Assembly: GCA_030065575.1 (NCBI GenBank)
Contig: JASJDZ010000001.1
Coordinates: 209,884-273,883 of the forward strand
Source: Acidimicrobiia bacterium
GTDB taxonomy: Bacteria; Actinomycetota; Acidimicrobiia; Spongiisociales; UBA5794
DNA: 64,000 nt
Direction: 5' to 3'
The position numbers and the translations under genes are program-made. The notes below the pieces were generated by a model, which was not told the origin of the DNA, did not search any database, and was given only the letters and a program-made list of their open reading frames with translations. Position 1 is the stretch's first letter; each line of letters begins with the position of its first letter. This document shows positions 1 to 8,001 of the stretch, one piece after another.

Positions 1-374
1 TGGGGCCCGAACACAATCAGCGCGACTACGAGGCCTGGACATCGAGCATCGAGCACATCAGGTCGACCCCCGGCTTCCCCGATCCGGACGACGACTGGCC
101 GTACCCGATGAGTCTCGACGACAACATGTCCGACATGCTGATGCACGCTCGCCACTTTGAGGAACGTCGTGGTTTCACCTACTCGATCCTCGACGGCGAC
201 GACGTGATCGGCTGCGTCTACATCTATCCAACGCGTGACCCCGACCACCAAGCCGAGGTGTCTTCATGGGTTACGGCCGCCCGAGCCAACTTGGATCGAG
301 TCGTTTGGGAGGCACTGTCGGCGTGGCTGGAGACCTGGCCGTTCGACAGCTTCGCATACGATTCGCGAAGCTAG
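1..374 (+). CDS. GNAT-like acetyltransferase family protein, C-terminal part (5' end outside window)
   Basis: Frame 3 is open from the window edge ('GPEHNQRDYEAWTSSIEHIRSTPGF...') and continues into the listed ORF 108..374. The family call is from remembered similarity only. Confidence 0.4.
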   Translation, partial: GPEHNQRDYEAWTSSIEHIRSTPGFPDPDDDWPYPMSLDDNMSDMLMHARHFEERRGFTYSILDGDDVIGCVYIYPTRDPDHQAEVSSWVTAARANLDRVVWEALSAWLETWPFDSFAYDSRS

Positions 375-1408
375 AGATCGAGGACCGTCACCCGCACCTC
401 GTCCGGTGCGGCCTGTAGATAGAGCACGGCTCCAGTCGGTCCCACCTCGAGGGACCGGGCAATGTCCACGAACTGATTGGCGACGTCAATCACGACCTCA
501 CCCATCACATCACCGTCGGGCGAGCGACGTTGCACTCGCTGCGTCACCCGGATCGCTGCACCGCTCGTGTCAACCTCATCGATCACGATGAGTGTCGTGC
601 CGTTAGGGGCCACGCCCAGCACCCTCACGCCGCCGAGATCGGTCTGCCGGGTGACTGTGTAGGAGTCCATCCCGATGTTGAGCTGCGTTTTGCGATCGAG
701 CTCCGGAGTCACAATGACCTCTGAGCCCCGGTAGAACGGATTCGCTTCGGACGTGACTTCACCCGCGTCGCTCACTCGCACGTAACGGTTGCCGTCCTCG
801 TACTCGAGAAGGAGCCCGTCATCGTCGGCCGTGAGACCGGTGAGGCCCGCGCCGAAGCGGAGGCCGGCGGGCACATCGATCGACTGCGTCACGTCACCGG
901 CCTCATCGAGGACCAGCACCCGATATCGATCCATGGCAATGAGCACATCGAGCAGGGCTAGCCCATTCCCCAGCGACACAACGTCGACGATCGACGCAAC
1001 GTCGTATTCAGCAAGCTCGAAGGGTGGCAGCTCCTCTCCGGTCGCCGTGAACTGGAGCAAGCGTGGCTCACCGCGACGCACTGCAATCGTGTCGGCGACA
1101 ACCACCGATCCATCATCCATCACCGTGAAAGAGGTCGGACCGCCGGGCGGGTCGCCATCGAGGTCATAGGTAACCCCGGTTTCGCCGACGGCGATCGAGA
1201 ACGAAGCGGGTTCGGGAGCTGGGGCCCTGGTCGTTGTCGGGGCGACGGTCGTGGTGGGAACGGTCGAGGTGGGAGCTGTCGACGTGGACGTGATCACCGT
1301 TGGAGCCGGCGTCGAAGTAGTGGTTCCGGCACTATCACAGGCAACGGAAGACAGCGCGAGGAGAACCAGGGCGAGCGCACGCATCACAGGAGCGAACCCA
1401 GGTCTCAC
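371..1408 (-). CDS. secreted lipoprotein, function unknown
   Basis: 345-aa ORF with a signal peptide and lipobox ('LLALSSVAC'), then a Thr/Pro-rich linker. The stop overlaps the upstream convergent gene end. Confidence 0.75.
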   Translation of the reverse strand: MRPGFAPVMRALALVLLALSSVACDSAGTTTSTPAPTVITSTSTAPTSTVPTTTVAPTTTRAPAPEPASFSIAVGETGVTYDLDGDPPGGPTSFTVMDDGSVVVADTIAVRRGEPRLLQFTATGEELPPFELAEYDVASIVDVVSLGNGLALLDVLIAMDRYRVLVLDEAGDVTQSIDVPAGLRFGAGLTGLTADDDGLLLEYEDGNRYVRVSDAGEVTSEANPFYRGSEVIVTPELDRKTQLNIGMDSYTVTRQTDLGGVRVLGVAPNGTTLIVIDEVDTSGAAIRVTQRVQRRSPDGDVMGEVVIDVANQFVDIARSLEVGPTGAVLYLQAAPDEVRVTVLDL

Positions 1409-1572
1409 GGCAAAGCCTCAATCGATCTATGGGCATCTAGGGCAGCGTCAATCGCCTGGACGGTAGTCAGGACTGCGCCTTGCGGCCCATCTCCACCGTT
1501 TTGCCGGACACAGCGCCAACATGTTGGCGCCAGGTACGCCAGAACCAATAGGGCCCTATCAACCGCGAGAGC

Positions 1573-2046
1573 ATGTATGCGGAGTTTGGCTCAAAGCAAG
1601 GTCTCTTCGAGGCGGCGCTGGAGCGATACGACAATGAGCACCTGTCCAGGGTGCTGGCCCCGCTAGAAGCACCCGAGGCTGGGGTTGACGCCATCCGACA
1701 GGCCTTTGCGGGCTATGCCAGCGCCAGTGAAGGTTGGTTTCAGGGACGCGGCTGCCTGATGGCCAACACGGCCGTCGAGCGCGGAGCCCTCGACGAGGCG
1801 AGTGGGCAGTACACGGCCGCCTATCTGGCACGGATCAATGCGGCGTTCCGGAATGCACTGGGGAACGCACGCCACTCCGGCGACCTTGGCCCCGAAGCCG
1901 ACGTCGATGAGTTGGCTGCCTTCTTCACGACTGCTCTCGTCGGCGTCGCCGCAAGCATCCGGGCGCAGGCTCCCCCGGAGCAGCTTCATGCGACAAGCAG
2001 AGTCGTAGCAACGGTCCTCGATTCTGCGGCCGCCGGATCGGTATAG
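1573..2046 (+). CDS. TetR/AcrR-family regulator, C-terminal part only (no in-frame HTH)
   Basis: Begins 'MYAEFGSKQGLFEAALERY', which matches the end of the TetR HTH helix 3 and the start of the ligand domain. An in-frame TAG at 1549..1551 closes the frame upstream. Confidence 0.5.
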   Translation: MYAEFGSKQGLFEAALERYDNEHLSRVLAPLEAPEAGVDAIRQAFAGYASASEGWFQGRGCLMANTAVERGALDEASGQYTAAYLARINAAFRNALGNARHSGDLGPEADVDELAAFFTTALVGVAASIRAQAPPEQLHATSRVVATVLDSAAAGSV

Positions 2047-2063
2047 AACTACCCCGAAGCCAA

Positions 2064-3017
2064 CTACGCGTGGGGTCGATCCCGCCACCAATCCGGCCCG
2101 TGGGGATCGGCGCACTCGAGTGCGGCCCGGTCCCAACCGGCAAGGTCGGCCGCAGCGGCGTGAGTCGTTTCGAAGAACGCCAGCAGCATTCCATCCGGAT
2201 CATCCGCCTCCGCGACCGCCGCATAGGGCAGGACGAACTCGCCCAGGTCGCTCAGCCAGAACGCCTCTGCAGGCTCGACGGGGGACGACTCGAAACCTTC
2301 CGGGATTGGATATGCGTAGGAGTAGAAGATCGGATCCGGCGCCTCGCGGTTCCCCGGCCAGAACCCGGCGCTGGTGACTTCGTGGGAGTAGGCCTCCTGG
2401 GCAACGTCGAGCGGGAAGTTCGGTATGCCACCGGGGTGAGCGGGCGCAGTCCGCCCCGAGAAGCGGGTCACTGCGAGGTCGAAACTGCCCCAGAAGAAGT
2501 GAACCGGGCTCGACTTGCCTCGGAAGCCGGCGCGGAAGCGGCCCATGACCCGGCTCCCATGGACCAGCGCGTGCCACAGCTTCCGAACTTGGTCGATATC
2601 AAAAGCCAGCGGACGATTGTCCTCGTCGAATGGAACAGCGTTGGGAATCTCGCTTGGAACACGATGGATAGTCACGGGCATATCCAGCGAGTCGAGCGCC
2701 TCCATGACGGCGGCGTAGAAGTCGGCAACAGTTCCCGGGCTCAGTGGCACAGATCGGCTATCGCCCTTCGTCGTGGTGATCTCGAGACGCCCGCGATGAA
2801 GATCGAACGCCATCTCTAAACCCTGCGAACCATATGGGATCAACGTGGTCCCCAGACCAGTGGCACCGACGTAGAGGGGGACACTCCATGAGTGATTCAG
2901 CCACGGTGACTGCACCATTCTTATCTTGCCCACGATCTGAGAGAAGAGGTGAAACGCCTCGATTGTGTCTGCCCAGTCATCGCTGGGCAGGGAGGGCCAG
3001 TGACCGTTGTCGCTCAT
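2064..3017 (-). CDS. DUF5996 family protein
   Basis: 317 aa. Blocks 'SPVHFFWGSFDLAVTRFSGRTAPAHPGG' and 'EAYSHEVTSAGFWPG' match the DUF5996 family as I remember it. Confidence 0.75.
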   Translation of the reverse strand: MSDNGHWPSLPSDDWADTIEAFHLFSQIVGKIRMVQSPWLNHSWSVPLYVGATGLGTTLIPYGSQGLEMAFDLHRGRLEITTTKGDSRSVPLSPGTVADFYAAVMEALDSLDMPVTIHRVPSEIPNAVPFDEDNRPLAFDIDQVRKLWHALVHGSRVMGRFRAGFRGKSSPVHFFWGSFDLAVTRFSGRTAPAHPGGIPNFPLDVAQEAYSHEVTSAGFWPGNREAPDPIFYSYAYPIPEGFESSPVEPAEAFWLSDLGEFVLPYAAVAEADDPDGMLLAFFETTHAAAADLAGWDRAALECADPHGPDWWRDRPHA

Positions 3018-3083
3018 AGATACCTACTCGTAGCCGTCTGCCGACAGTATGGTCCGGCTCACTTGGAGCCCGCGCCGCTTTCC

Positions 3084-4085
3084 CTAGATTCCCCGCTCGT
3101 CGAAGCGCCACAGCCCGGCGTCGGTCGCCGCTCGATACGCGGCCCGAATCTCGTCGGAGTTGGGACGCCTGCCGATGTCGGCATAGCGATCAGAACCCGG
3201 GACCCGATGCTCCGGCCGATACTGAGCCATGATGTTCACAAAGGTGTCCTCGGAAACCTCCTCGGCGAGCCAGCCGAAGATGGCAGCGGCTTCGTCGGTC
3301 TGGCCCGGCATGACCAGATGACGAATCAGTAGGCCGCGCCTCGCCAGGCCGCCGCTGTCGACAACGAGATCCCCCACCTGACGGTGCATCTCCTGGATGG
3401 CGATGCGGACGACTTCGGGATAGTCCTTCGCCCTGGCCAGCCGTCGCGCCGTCTCGGGTTCCCAGAACTTGAAGTCGGGCATGTAGATATCGACGAGGCC
3501 GTCCATCAGCTGCAATGACACCAGAGCGTCATAGGCGCTGGTGTTGTAGACGACGGGGATGCGCAGACCGTGTGGAACGGCGATGGCCAGCGCTTCAACC
3601 ACCTGTGGGGCAACGTGTTCCGGAGTGACCAGATTGATGTTGTGGCAACCGACTGTTTGCAGATCGAGCATCAGCGCCGCCAACTCCTCGTCGGTGCACT
3701 CGCGGCCGGCGGGTCCCTGAGAGATATCCCAGTTCTGGCAGAAGACGCAACGGAGATTGCACGAACCGAAGAAGATCGTCCCCGAGCCGCGCCACCCGCG
3801 AAGACAGTCCTCCTCGCCGCCGTGGGCGAAGGCGGCGGTGACCCGAGCCAACCTGCCGATGCGGCACACTCCCTCCTCATCGGCGAGCCGGTCGACCCCG
3901 CAGTCACGGGGGCAGGCAACGCAGTCGCTGAGCTCATCACGAGCTGCCTCCACCTTGGCGGGGAGGCCCCCGGCTTGCCAGGTGGTGTAGGCAATAGGTT
4001 CGCTGCGCTCTACGACGAACTGATCGTCCATACCTCGAAGCGTACGGACCGGATCGCCGACGTCAACAAGGCTGCGATTCGGCAC
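3084..4085 (-). CDS. radical SAM protein, PflX-like (pyruvate formate-lyase activase homologue)
   Basis: Radical-SAM CX3CX2C motif 'CNLRCVFCQN', plus an upstream Cys cluster 'CVACPRDCGVDR'. 333 aa. Confidence 0.75.
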   Translation of the reverse strand: MPNRSLVDVGDPVRTLRGMDDQFVVERSEPIAYTTWQAGGLPAKVEAARDELSDCVACPRDCGVDRLADEEGVCRIGRLARVTAAFAHGGEEDCLRGWRGSGTIFFGSCNLRCVFCQNWDISQGPAGRECTDEELAALMLDLQTVGCHNINLVTPEHVAPQVVEALAIAVPHGLRIPVVYNTSAYDALVSLQLMDGLVDIYMPDFKFWEPETARRLARAKDYPEVVRIAIQEMHRQVGDLVVDSGGLARRGLLIRHLVMPGQTDEAAAIFGWLAEEVSEDTFVNIMAQYRPEHRVPGSDRYADIGRRPNSDEIRAAYRAATDAGLWRFDERGI

Positions 4086-4286
4086 ACGGGGAACTCGGCT
4101 GTCGATGCCCGCTACCGGTCATCAGCAGCCTCGCCAGATGGTTCGAACGGGCCTGGGATTGGGTTGGCTCCTTGCCTTCCAAGGCGACCAGGAAACGCTA
4201 GCGCCGGGCGGGCGTAATCAGTCAATCCGCGCGCCGATTTCTCTCCGAACAAAGGGCAAAGCTTCCCAAGACTCGGAGACCAAAAC

Positions 4287-4766
4287 ATGGCCATCGCAAC
4301 CAAGAGCTGGCTCGACACCGCACACTCGTCGAGCTGGGCTGACTCGCCCTTCTTCGCAGAAACCGTCGAGCTACTTCGCTCTGTTCGTGACCATGACTTC
4401 GACTCGCTAGCTGACCTCTGCGATGACGACTTCGGCATCGTCGATCTCGATCCAAACGGCGGCAGCGTCATGGTGAGGAATCGTGCAGAGTGGGAGGGCT
4501 GGTTCAACAACCTCTTCGCCCAGCTCTCTGCCATCGGTGCTGCCACCGACAGCGAGATTCTCGACTATCAGGTCCTACCGACTGCCGACATGGCCCTAAG
4601 CGTGGTCGAGTTCCGGCAGAGCCTGTCCATGGGCGAGTCGACGGCATTCTTCGACTGCGTGACCACCATCGTTTGGAAGCGCACCGAATCCGGCTGGAAA
4701 GAGGCCCGCTGGCACGTTTCTCTCCTCTCCACCGATATCCCGGAGGACTTCCCGGTAGCCGCCTGA
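4287..4766 (+). CDS. NTF2/SnoaL-like (DUF4440-type) protein
   Basis: 159-aa ORF of the right size with an alpha+beta cone-like pattern ('WKRTESGWKEARWHVS' C-terminal strand). Coding-like composition. Confidence 0.55.
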   Translation: MAIATKSWLDTAHSSSWADSPFFAETVELLRSVRDHDFDSLADLCDDDFGIVDLDPNGGSVMVRNRAEWEGWFNNLFAQLSAIGAATDSEILDYQVLPTADMALSVVEFRQSLSMGESTAFFDCVTTIVWKRTESGWKEARWHVSLLSTDIPEDFPVAA

Positions 4767-4841
4767 ACCCTCTGGCCCCCTCGCATCAAGACCTCTCGCT
4801 TCGTCCCGGCGGAGCGTCCCCTAGATCCCAACCACAAATAC

Positions 4842-4857
4842 CGACGCTCGAGCGTCG
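4842..4857. promoter_or_regulatory. perfect 16-nt palindrome CGACGCTCGAGCGTCG in the rhodopsin leader
   Basis: Read directly. It ends 20 nt upstream of the ATG at 4878, just before the RBS 'GAAAGGAAG'. Confidence 0.4.
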
Positions 4858-4877
4858 AAACTGAAAGGAAGTGACTC

Positions 4878-5690
4878 ATGTCATTCGAGAACGAGTTTGC
4901 GTATACCGTGACCCAGTTCGAGGTCGTCCTCGGGGTGTTCACCCTGACGGCAGCGGTCTTTGCGGCGGTACTCGTCTACTCACTGGTCACCGCAGGGAGC
5001 ATCGCTCCTCGATATCGCCTGACTTCCTACCTGACCGGAGTGGTCATGGTGTCGGCGTTCATCGAGCTCGGCTTGCTTGCCCTGCGATGGAACGGCGCTT
5101 TCGCCTTCGACGGCTCCCTATATGCGTCGACGGGCGAGCTGTTCTCCAACGGGTTCCGCTACATGAACTGGAGCATTGACGTTCCCGTTCTGCTGACCCA
5201 GCTGCTGATTGTCGCCGGCATCACCGGTGTGACGTTCCGCAAGCGCTGGGCATCCTTCGTCATTGCCGGTCTCGGCATGATCTGGACTGGCTACATCGGC
5301 CAATTCGACGAGATCGAGGGTGGCGCGGCCTTCTGGGGCTGGGGCGCAGTCAGCACCCTGTTCTACTTCTGGCTGCTGTATGTCGCCTATCAGACCCTTC
5401 GGGATGCCAAGGCGACGGCTCCGAACGAGGGAATCAAGAAGCTGTTCAACTACGTGTGGATCCTGTTCATCGTTTCGTGGACGATCTACCCGCTCGCCTA
5501 CCTAATGCCGCAGATCAGCGCAACGGTCGAGGGTGTGGTTGCTCGCAACCTCATCTACAGCTTCGCCGACATCGCATCGAAGGCCGTCTACGGCATCCTG
5601 CTCGCCGTGATCGCCCAGAAGCTCAGCGCCCTGCGTGGCTTCAAGCCGGCCATCGAGGCCGAAGAGGCCTTCGCCGAGCAGACCAACTAG
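4878..5690 (+). CDS. microbial (type-1) rhodopsin with NDQ motif, Na+-pumping rhodopsin (KR2-like)
   Basis: Seven hydrophobic segments. Helix C 'RYMNWSIDVPVLLTQL' gives N/D/Q at the BR D85/T89/D96 positions. Schiff-base Lys lies in 'FADIASKAVYG'. KR2-like blocks 'VVMVSAF', 'TGYIGQF' and 'WILFIVSWTIYPLAYLMP' are present. Good RBS. Confidence 0.9.
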   Translation: MSFENEFAYTVTQFEVVLGVFTLTAAVFAAVLVYSLVTAGSIAPRYRLTSYLTGVVMVSAFIELGLLALRWNGAFAFDGSLYASTGELFSNGFRYMNWSIDVPVLLTQLLIVAGITGVTFRKRWASFVIAGLGMIWTGYIGQFDEIEGGAAFWGWGAVSTLFYFWLLYVAYQTLRDAKATAPNEGIKKLFNYVWILFIVSWTIYPLAYLMPQISATVEGVVARNLIYSFADIASKAVYGILLAVIAQKLSALRGFKPAIEAEEAFAEQTN

Positions 5691-5715
5691 CCAACTCAGG
5701 CTCCTAAACGACACG

Positions 5716-5740
5716 GGACCCCCTGCTCAGCAGGGGGTCC
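5716..5740 (+). terminator. GC-rich hairpin terminator after the rhodopsin gene
   Basis: GGACCCCCTGC-TCA-GCAGGGGGTCC, an 11-bp perfect stem, 26 nt after the stop. Confidence 0.7.
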
Positions 5741-5774
5741 TCGTCGTTAAGCTGATCCGCCGCTCCTCTTTCCC

Positions 5775-5822
5775 GTTCTGGCGTCCCAAATCGGAATATG
5801 TTCACTTCTGGGACGCAAGAAC
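5775..5822. repeat. 48-nt imperfect palindromic repeat, copy 1
   Basis: GTTCTGGCGTCCCAAATCGGAATATGTTCACTTCTGGGACGCAAGAAC. About 85% identical to the copies at 6792 and 57696, and self-complementary (GCGTCCCA/TGGGACGC arms). Confidence 0.85.
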
Positions 5823-5866
5823 CACAAGGGGGTCGATGTACGCGACCAGATGTGCGACGCTCGACC

Positions 5867-6787
5867 GTGTCGAATCTTGAAGAGCTGCTAGGTCCAATCG
5901 CAGAGTCGCAACATGGGGTGTTCTCGCTCGACCAGGCACGCCGAGTCGGTGTTGAGCGATCGACCCTGGATAAGCGTGTCGCCCGCGGTGCTCTGACTAG
6001 AGCCCAGTCCACCGTCTACGTGTTCCCGGGATCCGCAGCCACATGGCAACGGGAGGTCACCTCCCTCGTACTGTCCGTTCCCGGGCTAGCCGCTGCGTCG
6101 CACAAGACCGCAGCGTTCATCTGGGGCATGACCTCGTTCGAACCGAGGATCACTGAGGTGGTTACTGCGCGGCACCGTCGAATCCATCGCCAGAACCCGC
6201 AGATTCACGAGTCGAAGGATCTTCACCCCGCAGATGTCATCCTCGTCGACGGGATCCCAACTACGACCTCGGTCCGCACCGTCGTTGATGTGGGGGCCTC
6301 TGCCTCACAGCAGTATGTCGAACACTGTCTCGACACGGGGCTCCGACTAGGGCTATTCACCTTGATAGAGGTTCAGGCGTTCATCAAGCGGGTCGCGCGC
6401 TCCGGCCGGTCCGGCATCGGAAAGATCCGTCCACTGGTGGATGAGCGCATCGGATGGCATGCGGCCACGGAGAGTGCGCTCGAAGACCGATTCCGGCGGC
6501 TCATCACCCGCTCGGGGCTTCCGGTTCCGGCGTCGCAGTACCTCGTCCACGAGGCCTCCGCGATCGTTTGTCGCGCCGACTTCGCCTACCCGGACCATAG
6601 GATCCTCATCGAACTCGACGGCGAGCAGTATCACATGGATCGAGCGACCTTCCAGAATGATCGCGAGAAGCAGAATCGAGCCCATGCGCTCGGCTGGACC
6701 GTGTATCGATTCACTTGGCGCCAAGTGAAGGACGCCCCTGAATCAGTGGTTGCCACACTCAGCGCCGCGCTCAGCACTCCTCGGTAA
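5867..6787 (+). CDS. DUF559 endonuclease-domain protein with N-terminal AbiEi_4-like wHTH
   Basis: The C-terminus ('ILIELDGEQYH...REKQNRAHALGWTVYRFTWRQV') is typical of DUF559/Vsr-like proteins. The N-terminus reads 'GVFSLDQARRVGVERSTLDKRVARGAL'. The track ORF starts at ATG 5798 inside the repeat, so GTG 5867 is a more plausible start (uncertain). Confidence 0.8.
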   Translation: MSNLEELLGPIAESQHGVFSLDQARRVGVERSTLDKRVARGALTRAQSTVYVFPGSAATWQREVTSLVLSVPGLAAASHKTAAFIWGMTSFEPRITEVVTARHRRIHRQNPQIHESKDLHPADVILVDGIPTTTSVRTVVDVGASASQQYVEHCLDTGLRLGLFTLIEVQAFIKRVARSGRSGIGKIRPLVDERIGWHAATESALEDRFRRLITRSGLPVPASQYLVHEASAIVCRADFAYPDHRILIELDGEQYHMDRATFQNDREKQNRAHALGWTVYRFTWRQVKDAPESVVATLSAALSTPR

Positions 6788-6791
6788 TGGG

Positions 6792-6839
6792 GTTCTGGCG
6801 CCCCAGATCGGAACATATTCACCTCTGCGACGCCTGAAT
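6792..6839. repeat. 48-nt imperfect palindromic repeat, copy 2
   Basis: GTTCTGGCGCCCCAGATCGGAACATATTCACCTCTGCGACGCCTGAAT, starting 5 nt after the DUF559 stop. Confidence 0.85.
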
Positions 6840-7017
6840 GAGTGGGTGTGCAATCCGCCCGCCGCCCTGTCAGCGCGGCTGGAGGGCCCGCCGCAATAGG
6901 GCCTCCGCCGGATGCACGGACTCCAGCGGAGCATTGCGTCCCGGCGTGCGCCCACCAATCCGCTGTTCCTGCTCGCTACGGACACAGGTTGAACACCACC
7001 AGAGACGCGAGACAACC

Positions 7018-8001
7018 ATGGAAAGAGTCTTAGTCACCGGCGGAACGGGCTTCATCGGTGTTGAACTGGTCGAGCATCTCTGCCAAATGGGCTACCGACC
7101 TCGAGTGCTTACCCGGCGGCCGCATCGGGCGGCTCTACTCTCGCGCGCCGCCGTCGAGGTCGTTCACGGAGACCTCTTCAGCGAAACGTCACTGCGCCGT
7201 GCACTCGACGGCGTCGATACCGTGATCCATCTCGGCGCCAGGGCCAGCTTCGAGTCCTACCGCCGCCTCGAGCCGACAATCGTGGACGGAACTGCTCGCC
7301 TGGGCCGGTTGGCTGCGGAAACAGGGGTGCGCCACTTCGTCTTCAGTAGCAGCCTATTTGTCTATGGCGGCCAGGAGACCCCCATTGGGCCTGATACTCC
7401 CGCCATGCCCGTCATGGACTACGGCCGAGCCAAGGTTGAGGCGGAGAATGCCCTTCTCGCCGCTGGTGCTGCGAGCGGGATGACCGTAGCCAACCTGCGC
7501 TTCCCCCACGTATACGGACCCCAGTCGATCCTCTTCCAGCAGGCGCGCAAGGGGATCGCTCTCTTCCCGGGCCGAATGGCCAACCACTGCGGGCAACTTC
7601 ATGTCGAGGACGCGGCCCGCATATTGGCCCGGGTCGCCCAGGATCGGTGGTCGGGTACCTCGGCCGTTTCCGACGGAACAAACGTCACCTGGACTGAGTT
7701 CTTCTCGATCCTCGAGGAGCTCTATCCGCGAGTGCGCCTCGTAACGCTTCCCTCGTGGTTCGCATATGCCGGAGCGGCCGTTCTCGAGCCGATTACCTCC
7801 CGGAGGTCCCGCCCCACTCTGTATACGAAGGACACTGTGGTTGGGTTCAACCTCGACCTACCCGTTGAACCAGGTCTCGTCTGGGACGATATCGGTATCG
7901 AGCCGCTGTATCCCAGCGTTGCAGAGGGGATCCCGGCCGTACTCGACGGTTACGTGAGATACCGTTGGCGTCATCCCATCCAGGATCGGCGGAAGGAATG
8001 A
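7018..8001 (+). CDS. NAD-dependent epimerase/dehydratase (extended SDR)
   Basis: 'MERVLVTGGTGFIGVELVEHL' Rossmann motif at the internal ATG 7018. The upstream 60 codons of track ORF 6838 are Arg/Cys-rich and non-coding-like. Confidence 0.85.
   Translation: MERVLVTGGTGFIGVELVEHLCQMGYRPRVLTRRPHRAALLSRAAVEVVHGDLFSETSLRRALDGVDTVIHLGARASFESYRRLEPTIVDGTARLGRLAAETGVRHFVFSSSLFVYGGQETPIGPDTPAMPVMDYGRAKVEAENALLAAGAASGMTVANLRFPHVYGPQSILFQQARKGIALFPGRMANHCGQLHVEDAARILARVAQDRWSGTSAVSDGTNVTWTEFFSILEELYPRVRLVTLPSWFAYAGAAVLEPITSRRSRPTLYTKDTVVGFNLDLPVEPGLVWDDIGIEPLYPSVAEGIPAVLDGYVRYRWRHPIQDRRKE

Noticed and set aside
3084-4085. Considered the radical SAM protein as the anaerobic sulfatase-maturing enzyme for the two sulfatases.
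   Set aside because: It has the PflX-like layout, lacks the SPASM-type C-terminal Cys clusters as far as I can see, and is 55 kb away from the sulfatases.
5775-5822. Apparent conserved peptide 'FWRP(K/R)(S/T)E(Y/H)(V/I)...DA' encoded by all three 48-nt repeats, including a 16-codon mini-ORF at 6788..6838.
   Set aside because: The element is a palindrome, so both strands give similar 'peptides'. The similarity is explained by DNA symmetry. Reading frames and stops are not conserved among copies.
6838-7017. N-terminal extensions of track ORFs (6838, 8747, 23281..25359, 34146, 39968..42100, 46654..48120, 53689..54555, 54742..55872, 10860..11516 and others).
   Set aside because: The extensions are Arg/Pro/Cys-rich and non-homologous to the families. 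Internal starts give canonical N-termini, RBSs and/or ATGA/GTGA coupling with neighbours.
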